A DNA stretch of 64,000 nt. Origin: Octopus vulgaris (Eukaryota). The position numbers and the translations under genes were made by a program. Below the pieces are notes generated by a model that searched no databases, was not told the DNA's origin, and saw only the letters and a list, made by a program, of their open reading frames with translations. The stretch is taken from the NCBI GenBank assembly GCA_951406725.2, contig OX597819.1:5022001-5086000 (forward strand), in the 5' to 3' direction. Shown in pieces: positions 37,316-49,995 of this stretch. Numbering within the stretch: position 1 is the first letter of the stretch; the number at the start of each line of letters is the position of its first letter.

Positions 37316-37770
37316 ATATATATGAAAAAACAAGTCAAAAATAGAAAATGCTAAGATGATTTTATAGTGAATCTTTCAGTACCGGTTTCGGTCATTTTGA
37401 GACCTTTTCAATTGTAATGATTAAATAATTAAATTTAGAAAAATTAGAAGAAAAGTTTTTTTAAAAGAATATTTCTGTAGTAGTGTTCAGATATAAGTAG
37501 CATTCTGCCTTTCTCTGACTCCCTTGTTTGCACTTGTGTGTTCGAGGTCAAGTGCAAACAAGGGAGTCAGAGAAAGGCAGAATGCTACTTATATCTGAAC
37601 ACTACTACAGAAATATTCTTTTAAAAAAACTTTTCTTCTAATTTTTCTAAATTTAATTATTTAATCGTTACAGTTGAAAAGGTCTCAAAATGACCGAAAC
37701 CGGTACTGAAAGATTCACTATAAAATCATCTTAGCATTTTCTATTTTTGACTTGTTTTTTCATATATATA
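37316..37770. repeat. Near-perfect ~220-bp inverted repeat (12-nt loop) of a Penelope-like LTR piece
   Basis: 37316-37536 is the reverse complement of 37549-37770 with only a few differences; bounded by (TA)n. Confidence 0.95.
37671..37708 (+). ncRNA. Putative minimal type I hammerhead ribozyme, U3:A8 variant
   Basis: cag-UUGAAAA-gguc(ucaaaau)gacc-GAA-accggu-A-cug: stem I cag/cug, stem II gguc/gacc, palindromic stem III ACCGGU, cleavage triplet GUA. Confidence 0.65.
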
Positions 37771-37797
37771 TATATATTAATAAAAAGAATTCCAACC

Positions 37798-37845
<48 letters not shown>

Positions 37846-38580
37846 AAGTTATTTTATTCCACACAGGTAGTAATAGAGAAAAGAAATTGAAAATGCATTG
37901 GGATTCATTTAGATATTTCATTTTTACATTTTTTTAAAGACTTAGCCAGTTTCACAGATTTCTCTGATTTTCAAAAGTTGCTGCATTTGCCTTGTTTTTA
38001 TAAAGAGAACATAGCTTAAATTAGTATCTGTTTGGGATATGTTTTGATTGGTTGAGGATGTCATGTGACAGTATGTTTGGTACTGTTAGTTAAATCTGTC
38101 TTGGTTGAGTGAACATGTCTAGTGACAATCCCTAGCAATCAGGGCTGTCTGAATTTTATCTGTCAAGTGTAGTAGAGGAAGATCTCATGATTAGTAGTAA
38201 TCTTAGAAACTTTTGTAGGTTCCCCACCCCCAAAAATCAATGCTGGCATGGTCTAGTAACAGTTCCAAAATAAGGTTCTCTAAATTTAAACTGAGTTCTC
38301 TCTATAAAAACAAGATAATTTTTGAATTCTCAGAAGCAAGGCAGTTGCAGCATAGCTCCATGCTTTTCTATCTCAACTTTTGAAAATAAATCAGAGAAAT
38401 CTGTGAAACTGGTTAAGGCTTTAATAATTTGAAAACCAAAAAAATCTAAACAAATCACTGTGCATTTTCAAATACTCTCTGTAACTGATGATGATGATGT
38501 AACACCATGTTGTCATTATGTGCATAGTTCTGTATCATGGTGTCTGTGCTTTTCTGAAAACTGGTATATAATATTACATA

Positions 38581-39091
38581 CCGTAAATCCTCGAGTATAA
38601 TCCACGTTTTTTTCCCAAAATTTAAAGGTCAAAATCCCTATTGCATACTATATAGAGGTTAAAAATGAAAATTATTTTCTAAGCAATGCCCGAGTCTCTA
38701 TTTGCTGTCTGGCAATGTTTATTCAGACGCATTCTGTGATGTCGGGTGCGAAAATACCTTAAGCTAAGCCTGAAAGCAAGGAAGTCATAAAAGAATCATC
38801 CATAACATGCAGTAAGCAACATTTATTAAACGTTATTACTGTTATTTCTTTATTTTCTGCAAACAAAATGCACAAAAAAGCTACACGTTTGCATTATGTT
38901 ATATACACAATAATAATAAAGGACGTTACCGTATACAGTTTTACAAACCAAGGACGTTATATAGACCTCCTTGACTCAAGTTAGAGAAGGGGTGCGTATT
39001 ATACACAAGGTTTAGGTTTTTCAGAGGTACAGCCCCCTAAAAATCTCCTGTGTATTATACTCAAGGGCGGACTATACTCAAGAAATTATGG
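38581..39091. mobile_element. Tc1/mariner-pogo-type MITE with TA TSD
   Basis: TA|ccgtaaatcctcgagtataatcc ... ggactatactcaagaaattatgg|TA, imperfect ~23-bp TIRs. Confidence 0.8.
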
Positions 39092-39583
39092 TACTCTGTC
39101 TGTCAACCTATGATCTACATGGCGCACTAATGTTCTTACTACTATAACCACTTGGATTTTTAACTATGAGTTAATAATTTGCTTTAATGCGATAAAACAA
39201 GTGTGCAAAGGTGCTTACTGATAAGCTATATTTAGAAGTTAATGTCTGCCCTATTTAAAAGACTACTTGAAACAAATTTGCATGTTCTTCGTAGAATCAT
39301 ACCTATTATATATATAACACTAAAATTCAAGTTCTGTTTGTCTGTGTGTATTCTTTGTTTTTAGAGCAATATCATAATAAATGCCCTCCTTCTATGTAGT
39401 CTTAGACATAAGCTCTTGTACATGAAAATATTTCAAAGAAATCTAGCTCCTACAAGCCTAAGAACAAAAGGATTTTGTTCATTATTATACTAACAGAAAA
39501 TTTATTTTTGAATTTCTAAATGATGAGGGAACCAAGGAATACACTTGTAGTACACATGAGCTGATGCACAAACCTTTGTACAC

Positions 39584-39976
39584 ATAGGAGTGGCTGTGTG
39601 GTAAGTAACTTGCTAACCAACCACATGGTCCCGGGTTCAGTCCCACTGCGTGGTACCTTGGGCAAGTGTCTTCTGCTATAGCCCCGGGCTGACCAAAGCC
39701 TTGTGAGTGGATTTGGTAGACAGAAACTGAAAGAAGCCTGTCGTATATATGTATATATATATGTATGTGTGTGTTTGTGTGTCTGTGTTTGTCCCCCTAG
39801 CATTGCTTGACAACCGATGCTGGTGAGTTTATGTCCCCGTTACTTAGTGGTTCGGCAAAAGAGACCGATAGAATAAGTACTGGGCTTACAAAGAATAAGT
39901 TCCGGGGTCGAGTTGCTCGATTAAAGGCGGCGCTCCAGCATGGCCGCAGTCAAATGACTGAAACAAGTAAAAGAGT
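39584..39976 (+). mobile_element. SINE-A, young full length
   Basis: Close match to 49576-49995 and to the reverse complement of 51851-52261. Confidence 0.92.
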
Positions 39977-40109
39977 ATATATATATATGTATATGTATCA
40001 CCGTGACCAACCAGGCTATCAGATGTTGCTACACATCGCTGGTCACAATGCACTTCGCATTGTTTTAGCCTTCAAATGACGCCACCCCACTGGCTAAGCA
40101 GGCAGGCCA

Positions 40110-40142
<33 letters not shown>

Positions 40143-41922
40143 GAAGTGAGTGTCTTAACTACACGGCTGTGTTTGCATCCTGACATGTCATCCAAGAAAC
40201 TGGGGCTTTGCATCAAACTTTGAGTTCATTGAAATTTTTGAAGGTCTTAATTAATCTTACAATTAATTCAGTATTATTCGATCCTTTCACCTGCATGATT
40301 TTCACTAAGTAAAAAAAAAAAACCACTCAGATTTTTTGCATGGAATCAAGTACCCTGACCTCCTAATATGCTGCAAACCTCTTATTTTTGTTTGGAAAAA
40401 AAAGTGGGGGGTAACCCCCCCCCCATCTCAGGTTCATTGGAAATTCTTCTTTTTTCGTTGACTGAATCCCAGTGACCTCCAAATAGATAGTCAGATTCTT
40501 CCGGTCCATACCAGTTCTGAGTCCTTTTTGAAGGACCAAAAATTCCATGTGAAATACTGCTGGATCTGGAAAGATAGCGATGATGTTTACACTACATATT
40601 TATGCTATATACTATGCTGTCTTGTATGCTCGAAAATATGGTAATTCTTCAAAGGATTGCATACATTCAAGGACTAGCTCTCAATTCTGGTTTCTCTGAA
40701 TGACAGAGCAAACTACTTTTGTCTTTTGTTAGTTTATTATAACTTGGTTGAAAAAATTCTAGTATTTGTTGCTGATTGTTTGGTGAACTGAAGCAATGTA
40801 GAATTAAACTTTCTGCTCAGAAACACAATGAAATGTGTGCATTGTGAGCCATTAGTAATCAACACAGTGCATTAGCTTTTCATTCCCTGTCAAAAATTGT
40901 ATTATATACAGAAAGAAATAAAATCTTTTTTATAGCCTTAGGAGAAGATATAACAGAAATGTTAAGAACTAGAGAGTTATGATATCTGTTCACAGAATGT
41001 CTGGATATAATTAATGTGTCTTTTCCTATATAGTAATTTATTTAGAAAGAAGACAATTTCAAATGAATAATCTTAGGACAGCTTTATTGATTTTTAGTTT
41101 TGTTTTTCTGTTGAAGAAGTCTCTGTTTGCATGTTAAAGTATTTTCTTTGATTTCTTATTTATTATTCCATTAGTATTGTAATTAGAATCTAGATGTTTT
41201 GGCACTTTCTTCAAGTGAATAATATTTGCACTAACTTTTTCCAGTTTCCCTAATTATAAGTTATACGTATCAGTTGTTCAGTTTAAAAAACAGTTTCAAT
41301 TATTTGTATTCTGAAATAGTTGGTATTGTATTATGAAGTTTGTAGCTTTGGGGTTTCCGTGTCTTTGATATTTTAATTATATAATTGGTACTTACTTTAT
41401 TACTAAATAACCAGCCACTTATTTATCAGCACTATCAGGCTGAAAGACTGTGAAGTTGATGCAACAGAGTCTGTATTTGGAAGAAATGAAATACTGCAAT
41501 ACTCTAAACCAGTAGTATGTCTCAACTATACACATCACATTAAAGACGAGTGTAATAATGAGTTATAATCTTAGTGAAAAGCCACACATTTTTACAGAAA
41601 AGTATATATAGTTAGCTAAGTCAACTCCTGTGTATGTTTGGTACTTATTGATTCCAGTTTCACATAGTCATGAAGGATTATGAGATTAATATATGTTCCA
41701 TTGAAAACATATATCAATTTGAGAAAGAGACTAAAATTACCTGAATACAAAAAGATGCAGGTGTGGCTGTGTGGTAAGAAGCTTGCTTCCCATTCACATG
41801 GTTCTGGTTTCAGTCCAACTGCATGGCACCTTGGGCAAGTGTCTTCTACTATAGTTTCAGGCCAAAACATTGTAAATGGATTTGGTGGATAGAAACTGAA
41901 AGAAGCCTGTCTTTTATATATA

Positions 41923-43881
41923 ATCATCATCGTTTAATGTCCGTTTTCCATGCTAGCATGGGCTGGACGGTTCGACCGGGGTCTGGGAAGTCAGGAGGCT
42001 GCACCAGGCTCCAGTCTGATCTAGCACTGTTTCTACAGCTGGATGCCCTTCTTAATGCCAACTACTTCATGAGTATAGTGGGTGCTTTTTATGTGCCACA
42101 GGCACGGAAGCCAGTCAAGGCAGCGCTGGCATCAACCACGTACGGATGGTGCATATTACGTGCTAACTTGGTCACCTAGGTAGTGGAAACTATCAACTAC
42201 TTCTAGTTTCTCCCCCAGGAGTGTAATGGAATCTGTTTTCTGAGTATCAATGGTGTCTATTGCCCCTGTGCATCTGTTGCACACGAAAGCTATCTTCTCG
42301 GTTAATTTTCCTTTGATGTTGCTGCACCTCTTATGTGTCCATAGCTTACACTGGGTACATCTTATGGAGTTTCTACCTACACCTTTTCTACAGATCGAGC
42401 AGGGCCACTTACCCGAAGAAGTGTGTGGTGTGTTTGCCTTCCTACTTACTAGAACTTTGGTCTTTGCTACATTTACTCTAAGGCCCTTTGATTCTAAACC
42501 TAGCTTCCACACCCAAAATTTCTTTTCTAGTTCCGGTAGTGATTCTGCTATGAGGGCCAGGTCATCAGCATAGAGGAGCTCCCAGGGGCAACTCGTCTTG
42601 AAGTCCTCTGTTATTGCCTGGAGGACTATGATGAATAAAAGGGGACTGAGGGCTGAACTTTGGTGGACCCCTACTTCTACCCGGAATTCTTCACTATACT
42701 CATTGCCAATCCTAACCTTGCTGATGGCCTCTCTGTATAGGGCCTGTACAGCCCTTATTAACCATTCATCAATCTCCAGTTTCCACATTGCCCACCAGAT
42801 AAGGGATCGGGGGACCCTGTCAAAGGCTTTCTCCAAGTCCATGAAAGCTATGTAGAGGGGTTTATCTTTAGCTAGGTACTTCTCCTGCAGTTGTCGAACC
42901 AGGAATATAGCATCGGTTGTGCTTCTATCTGGCACAAAACCGAACTGCATCTCATCTAAGCAGATTCTCTCCCTAATGAGATGGGCTTATTACCCTCTCT
43001 GTGACCTTCATCACCTGATCCAACAATTTAATACCCCTGTAGTTATTTCTATCTAGAGCATCACCTTTACCCTTGTAGCAGTTGACTATGGTGCTGCTAC
43101 GCCAGTCATTGGGTATGACTCCATTATGAACTACCTGGTTGGGTGACTAGGCCATAGCCCACACCACCAGATGTTTTAAGCATCTCAGCAGTGATCCCTG
43201 ATGGGCCGGGGGCTTTTCCTGGTTTCATACCCTTAATTGCTTTATCTACTAGGGAGCTCTACTGGTTCAACATTTGGCAGGCTCTCCTCCTCCCATTCAT
43301 TCTCCACATTCAGCAGTCTCTCAGAATGGCTTCTCCAAGCCTCTTTCTTTTCAGAAACATTGAAAGCAAGTGCACCATCATCCATGCGGACGCATTTCTC
43401 TCCTGTGACATCATTATTTTCTCTCACACACTGTCTTGCAATCCAAAATACCTCAATTCATTGGTCCTCATGTTGCTGGACATTAGCAAACTTCTTCTTT
43501 TCTGCTTCACCCTTAACTATGTATACCTGCCGCCCAGCCTCCCTTTTGGCTACCTGGTACGGTTCCCTGCTACCCCCATCCCTCCAGGCTTTCCAGGCCT
43601 GTTTCTTTGCTCTAATGGATTTGTCTACTGTACTATTCCACCACCAGGTAACTCTAGGTCTGGAAGGGACTTTGCACCATCCACTGACTTGGTCTGTAGC
43701 ACTCAGCAAGCTGTCCCATAGGAATTTTCAGCTACCTTCTATGTCTGACGTCTGTAGCTCTTCTTCCCTCTCATCAAATTTCTTGGTGAGGATGTCCCTA
43801 ATCTCTGACCATGTGAAGGGTTCTTTAGCTTCCAAATCTTTCTTTTCTGGATTGGTCTGCTTCTTGGTATCCTTCTGGCCT
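41923..43881 (-). mobile_element. RTE-clade LINE, 5'-truncated and internally deleted
   Basis: Linker (TWWWNSTV...AKKQAWKAW), then the RT region, then a direct jump at ~42155 into the same 3' UTR and (GAT)n tail as 3400-4352. Confidence 0.92.
42156..42950 (-). pseudogene. Reverse transcriptase domain of RTE LINE (truncated), with embedded PHD finger
   Basis: QFGF...STTDAIF, FMDLEKAFDRV, GVHQSSALSPLLF, YADD, NVAKTK and FHYLG motifs; C-x2-C-x10-C-x2-C-x4-H-x2-C-x14-C-x2-C at aa 184-227. Confidence 0.92.
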
Positions 43882-46279
43882 CATATAATATATATAATAA
43901 TAAGAGAAAATGAAGAAGAAAATATATATATTGAATACTCGGTTAACTTTATTAATAAATTTGAAAAATTAATATATTTATGCGTGTATGTCTTCGTGCC
44001 TGTGTTTGTCCCCTCACCATTGCTTGACAACCAATATTGGTGTGTTTACATCCCCATAACTTAGCAGTTCAGCAAAAGAGACCAATAGAATAAATATTAG
44101 ACTTGCAAAGAATAATTCCTGGAGTTGATTTCTTTGAGTAAAAAACCCTTTATGGCAGTGCTCCAGCATGGCCACAGTCAACTGAAACAAGTAAAATAAG
44201 GAATAAAGGTATACATAACAGTGGTCCTCTTAGTCGTAGCAGTCCTAGTGTGAATGAATAGAGGGAAAATAGGTCACAATAACTATCCTATTAAGACCTT
44301 CTTCAAATAGAGAACTGCATAAAATAATCTTTATAGAAGGTACGCACATTCTTAAGAAGATTATGGACTTAGAAAAATGGCCAGACTTGTAATAATTTCT
44401 TCATATTCTATCAGAAATCTGATGTTAACTTTACAAACCAAGGAATGCCTGTAGGCAATTAAACATAACTGCCATGAATATATAAAGAAATTCAAAGGCA
44501 GTGATGTTACTATGCTAGTAACAATACTAATATATATATAAGCATGGACATATATACAAATAAACATACATAAAGTAATAGTATATTTGTGTGTTGTGAG
44601 AACACTGTACCATTCTGTCAATGGACCATTCTTTTACAACCAATTTGACAATGTTTGAGATCAAATAAAAAATTACTGATGCACTTTTCTTTGGAAAGTT
44701 TATAACAAAAGCCAAGCCTATTCTTAAAGTTAGAATGTATTTAAAATAAGGATCAAAAGTATTGCTAGTTTTGCTTTCAGTGATGTGTTCTCTGGGTCAG
44801 TCCCATTGTGTGGAAACTGCTGTAGCCTTGGGCCAACCAAAACCTTGTGAGTGGATTTGGTAATGGAAACTTGAAGAAGCCCATCATATATATATGTATA
44901 TATATATAAAAACCAGCTTAGAGAAGAAGAAGAAATGAAACCAAACGAATTGACGCGAGGGCACTCAGTCATACAATAGTGTAATAAATAAAATATATGC
45001 ATACATACAAACATATATGTTCGTACCTACATCTACATGTATATATACATGCATATATAAATATATATACGTGTGTACAGGACACCACAAATAGACGGAG
45101 AACTCAACGAGAAACGAAAACGTAAAAACAGCATGGAACGAACCATTTTTTTAACAACGAAAAAGCAGAGTACAAGACAACTCCACAAGGAAAAATCCCC
45201 TTCATCAGCCGTCCCTAGTTCAACTCTGCATGCATGTGTTTGTTCCCCATCACCATTTAATTAGTGTTTGTATGCTTACATCCCCATAACTTAGCAACAA
45301 AACGAGACTGATAGAATAAGTACAAGGCTTAAATATAAGTACTGGGATTGATTTGTTCAACTTAATCCCTTCAAGGCTTGCTCAGCATGGCTACAGTCCA
45401 ATGAGTGAAACAAGCAAAGATAAAAGAATGCATATTTCAAATTATTCAAGCATTAGTGTGGGTTTAAGCCATCTACAGTACACTAGTCTACCATTTAGGA
45501 ACTACTGATCAAAGTAGCTTCCTGATGCTTACTTTGTGAATCCTGGAGGAATGAAAAATATCAAGACCCTAGAAGGGATATGTGTGTGTGTGTGTGTGTG
45601 TGTGTGCGTGCATGCTAGCGTGTGTGTCTTGTTTTAGTCATTGGACTGCGGCCATGCTAGAGTACTGCCTTGAAGGGTTTAGTTGAACAAATTGACCCCA
45701 GTACTTATTTTATTGGTCTTTTTTGCCGAACTGTTAAATTTTCAGGATGTCAATAAACCAACATTGGTTATCAAGCATTGGGGTGAAGGGACGAAACACA
45801 TTCACACACTTAAGATGGACTTCCACACACTCCCCATCTACCAAATTGATTCACAAGGCACTGGTTGACTCAACGCTACAGTAGAAAACACTCAAGGTGT
45901 TTCTTAACATCATAGTCATGCCTGCACCTATATATACATATATAAATGAAAAAAAAAATCTAGTTATGTACTTAATTATTTGTTATATTAATTATTTCTT
46001 ACCACAAGAGTAATTTTTAATATTAGGACTAGTAAAACCAATTGAATTAAGCTCAATGCAATTTATCATTGTGGTATTTGAATTTGGAAATAAAAAAGAA
46101 AAAGAAATACGTTGTAATACTTTGATACTTTATTAATAATGACAGTGATAATTATGTAATATGTCTGACAAACATATTAACAGTATTGTAGCTTCTAGCT
46201 AGTATCTCAAATTTAATCATAACATTAAGTGGTTTAACTCTTGGTTAACTATGCCACATTAGTTGTATTACATGTTGAA

Positions 46280-46479
46280 CAAAAGCTCTTCAAAGATTCA
46301 CTCAAAGCCCCGTCAAAGTGCTTTCAGATCAACCCTGACACCTGGGAAATGCAAGCACAGGATCAACCTGTCTGGTGTAGCTACACCAACAGTCTCCTAT
46401 GAACAAAATAGAATTGCAAGAGCACAAAAAAAACTTGAGCTGCCCAAGTCCAGAGCTAACTCCTAGCCTTCATTCCCAG
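46280..46479 (+). mobile_element. RTE C-terminal fragment
   Basis: KLFKDSLKAPSKCFQINPDTWEMQAQDQPVW...YEQNRIARAQKK resembles an RTE ORF end. Confidence 0.6.
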
Positions 46480-47220
46480 TCATTTTAAATAAGAACAATA
46501 CAATACTTTTAGGAACTTAAGTATATTAATGGAATTGACCTCAAATTACTGCCACATATTTTATTGCCTTATAAAGTATAAAGACTTCAGCTTAGAACAC
46601 CAAATAATGAAAGTAAACACTGTAAAGATGTTCAGTCTGTTTCCGTGAACTCACCATCCTTACCATAATAATACTTTCTATTGACTAAATACACACAAAG
46701 CTCTGTGTCAGACAAGTGAAATGGGGTATTGTGAAGTTCATATATTTACTCTAGAACATTAACAATATAGTGAAGTAAAATGCTAGCTGAAATCAATAAG
46801 AGGTCAACAAGGGACGGTCTATGTGGTTGCTCAACTCATTGGGAAAGTAGCCAAATCTCCCTCAAATCACCCTTGGTCATTTTTAAAATACGGATGGACA
46901 CATTGCATAGTTTTGTGCTAGACACAATACTCACAGGAAGTGGTAGGAGGTTGCAAAGGACACTTCTCTGTGGTCAGCTTAACTTGCTACATATAGCAGC
47001 CAAATGTCTCTCAAACCATACTCTCTCATCTTATGTAAGGAAGAACCAATTGGACAATGCATTCAGATAACCCCAAAAAAGACAGAAATATCACAGTTTG
47101 AATGTACTTTTACTAAGTAACCCTAGGGCTGACAAGAACAAGAACAACAAAAATCCATATTCCACCAATAATGATAACTAGTTGTATTACAGCATAGTCT
47201 ACTGTTGTAATCCAACTAAT

Positions 47221-47411
47221 GCTTGTCTGTCATTGTCAATGACGACCAAGGACATCACATGGGAGGAAAAGATGGGTCACAGTGCATCTGACCAATGCAT
47301 GATCAGGCCAATGCATGCTCAGAAGGTTCTGCTGCAGGTCAAGAACTAGCAGTCTGCTGAGAATGAAGGCAAGGAGTTAGCTCTGGACTTGGGCAGCTCA
47401 AGTTTTTTTTT
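47221..47411 (-). mobile_element. RTE 3' end fragment
   Basis: Minus strand: TCSRTF*ACIGLI remnant and ggtcgtcattgacaatgacagacaagc tail; shares ~55 bp with 46426-46479. Confidence 0.55.
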
Positions 47412-48350
47412 CTATATGCAGTCTCAAAAAATGACCAAGAAGCTTCTGCACCAAAGTCATGCTCATGATAAAACAAGTTTGCCAGGGTATACTTGCTTTT
47501 GAACTGAGAGCCAGCACCATCACTCCAGTCGTGTATTTTGGAGACCTGGGTTAACTGCTTAGCTTCATTGATAATGGCTGTGTTGAAAGCATAGGCACTG
47601 TGCTTTCTGTGCTTCATTTCATCAGAAACAACTACATATGATGCATGCTCAAGTTCACCTTCTTCACCCTTGAAATAAGCCGTGGCAGTGAAGAGAATGA
47701 CCATGTCACTGGACCAGTGAGCTACCATCACTTCTTTCTGGTGCTTCAGTTGAAAATTTTCTGAAAAATCTTCTTAAATGATCACTTCACCAGTTTTCAG
47801 GTTTTCTTTCAGGGACTTGGGCTCTACAAACTACCACTTAATGTTGTAAATATGTCTGCTGAATGGCTGTAGTTGCTCCACAATATCTTTTTTTTTGCCT
47901 CAGCAATTGTGCATTCCTTCAAAAGTTTTCTCACTTGCTTATCTTGCCAGTCGCCCACTGATAATAAGATATTATGGAATCTTCATTAGCATCAGCAAAC
48001 ACTTTGTCTACTAGCTCACTAACTCCACATTTTGGACAGTCTCTATCTACACAAAGTATCTGGTCAAGACTGCAGACTGCATTAGCACTTCACACTTTTC
48101 TGCAAACGACTTCCCCTCCACAACAAAAAATACTTATGTACTTTGGACAGATCAAAAAAAAACATCTGGCCGTTTTGAAAACATCAATTAGCTCTGACCT
48201 AAAAACAGAGCTTCTGAAATGCAAGTTCTGAACTGGCCATTTGTGCGAGAACTAACAACACTTAAAGGCCTTTAAATATTGTGGAGGGGAAAATCATCTA
48301 TTGGGACAAGTAACACTGCTATTTCTCAGAAGCAGATTTAGGTTTTCAAT
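47412..48350 (-). pseudogene. Decayed DDE transposase, Sola2-like
   Basis: DFSENFQLKHQKEVMVAHW...VVSDEMKH...WSDGAGSQFKSK...WSFFETAY(RK) matches the DFxENY/SDG-x3-QxK/FFxTxHGK pattern I associate with Sola2; Cys-rich remnant upstream; left limit set by the RTE fragment. Confidence 0.65.
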
Positions 48351-48566
48351 ATTACTGAATATTTGTTCCCTTGAGGGGTCCATGTCCCAGTACTTTTAAC
48401 CATTTAAGTTTTTTCTATTTCTCTCTAGCAAAAAAAAAAAAAAAAAAGAAATTCTCCTCCGCAGCAGCCAAAATTAGAAATTATGTAAATTATGACTAAT
48501 ATGCAAAAAATTAATACATATTTTCCAAATGAACAAACTTTATTTTTGATTTTTGTGAACAAAATA

Positions 48567-48820
48567 GGCGCAGGTGTGGCTGTGTGGTAAGTAGCTTGTT
48601 TACCAACCACATGGTTCCGGGTTCAGTCCCACTGCGTGGCACCTTGGGCAAGTGTCTTCTACTATAGCCTCAGGCCGACCAAAGCCTGTGAGTGGATTTG
48701 GTAGACGGAAACTGAAAGAAGCCCGTCGTATATATGTGTATATATATATATGCGTGTTTGTGTGTCTGTGTTTGTCCCCCTAGCATTGCTTGACAACCGA
48801 TGCTGGTGTGTTTATGTCTC
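48567..48820 (+). mobile_element. SINE-A, 3'-truncated young copy
   Basis: ggcgcaggtgtggctgtgtggtaagtagcttg...gatgctggtgtgtttatgtc. Confidence 0.9.
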
Positions 48821-49575
48821 ACATGTTAGTGTTCAGTGTTTTATGGTGGTTCTAAAGTTAACAATGCAATTCTGCATCCTAGTTTGGATTCTCATTTGAA
48901 CTCATTTCAATTACATCACGACTCTCTTTACAGATAAATTTGAACAGCACAGTTTTGCACACCTTTTTTTTTTCTCCTTAAAACACAAATCTATGCTTTA
49001 ATTTCTATATAACAAACTATTTAGTTTAGTGGCTGCAATGTTGTGGGTAAAGATTCTCATTTAGAATCACTTCAATTAGAATATTAAAGGCTTTGATAAT
49101 GCCTTAAGCACCACAATATTTCATAAATTCTACTCTAAATTAAATTATTGTTAATTCTTTATCATCAGCTTTATGGCAACAGTTGGACATGTTTGGAATA
49201 AAGCATCGTATCTCGTTTCTTTATGTTCTCTTATGCTACTATGATGTTGTGGCTGGAACTCTTCTGGCCAGTAAAATATATATAATAATCATGTTTTATT
49301 GTTAACATAACTTGCTGTGATATTAGTAACATCTGTGACTCATATTGATTAATCATGATTTGCTAAATTGCTTTAATTTCAAAAAAAAAAACAAAGAAAC
49401 TATATGGATCATTTATTTTGCTTGTCGTAGATTACCTAATATAATTTCCAATCTAATATTATGCACAGAAGACAAACTGCTGTAAAACAGTCATAGGCTA
49501 AATTTGCAAATTTATATAAATCTATAATAGATTCAAGGTAAAATGTTGAATGAGCAATAAACAAATAAATATATA

Positions 49576-49995
49576 GGCGCAGGAGTGGCTGTGTGGTAAG
49601 CAGCTTGCTAACCAACCACATGGTTCCGGGTTCAATCCCACTGCGTGGCATCTTGGGCAAGTGTCTTCTGCTATAGCCCCGGGCCGACCAAAGCCTTGTG
49701 AGTGGATTTGGTTGACGGAAACTGAAAGAAGCCTGTCGTATATATGTATATATATATATGTATGTGTGTGTGTGTTTGTGTGTCTGTGTTTATTCCCCTA
49801 GCATTGCTTGACAACCGATGCTGGTGTGTTTACGTCCCCGTCACTTAGTGGTTCTGCAAAAGAGACTGATAGAATAAGTACTGGGCTTACAAAAAGAATA
49901 AGTCCCGGGGTCGAGTTACTCGACTAAAGGTGGTGCTCCAGCATGGCCGCAATCAAATGACTGAAACAAGTAAAAGAATAAAAGAAAAAAGAATA
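49576..49995 (+). mobile_element. SINE-A, young full length (reference copy)
   Basis: ggcgcaggagtggctgtgtggtaag (A box), gggttcaatccc (B box), internal (TA)n(TG)n, tail gactgaaacaagtaaaaga repeats. Confidence 0.93.

Larger units (their letters stand above)
41755..44200 (+). mobile_element. SINE-A split by an RTE LINE (5' half 41755-41922, 3' half ~43980-44200)
   Basis: SINE stops at aagaagcctgtcttttatata and resumes at gtgtatgtcttcgtgcctgtgtttgtcccc. Confidence 0.75.

Noticed and set aside
37240-37845. Long palindromes as MITE terminal inverted repeats
   Set aside because: No diagnostic TIR end or TSD, and the arms contain Penelope-type hammerhead cores, favouring a retroelement fold-back origin.
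43191-44064. 275-aa and 176-aa plus-strand ORFs
   Set aside because: Antisense shadows of the RTE coding region with no recognisable domain.
44910-45230. Hammerhead in an insert within SINE-A (minus-strand ctgatgaagg...cctt near 45190-45210)
   Set aside because: CUGAUGA and a stem are present but no GAAA or stem III follows; a Penelope origin is possible but unsupported.
49576-49650. tRNA gene
   Set aside because: A and B boxes are present but the acceptor stem is poor and the sequence continues into the SINE body in many copies; the same applies to 9508 and 31985.
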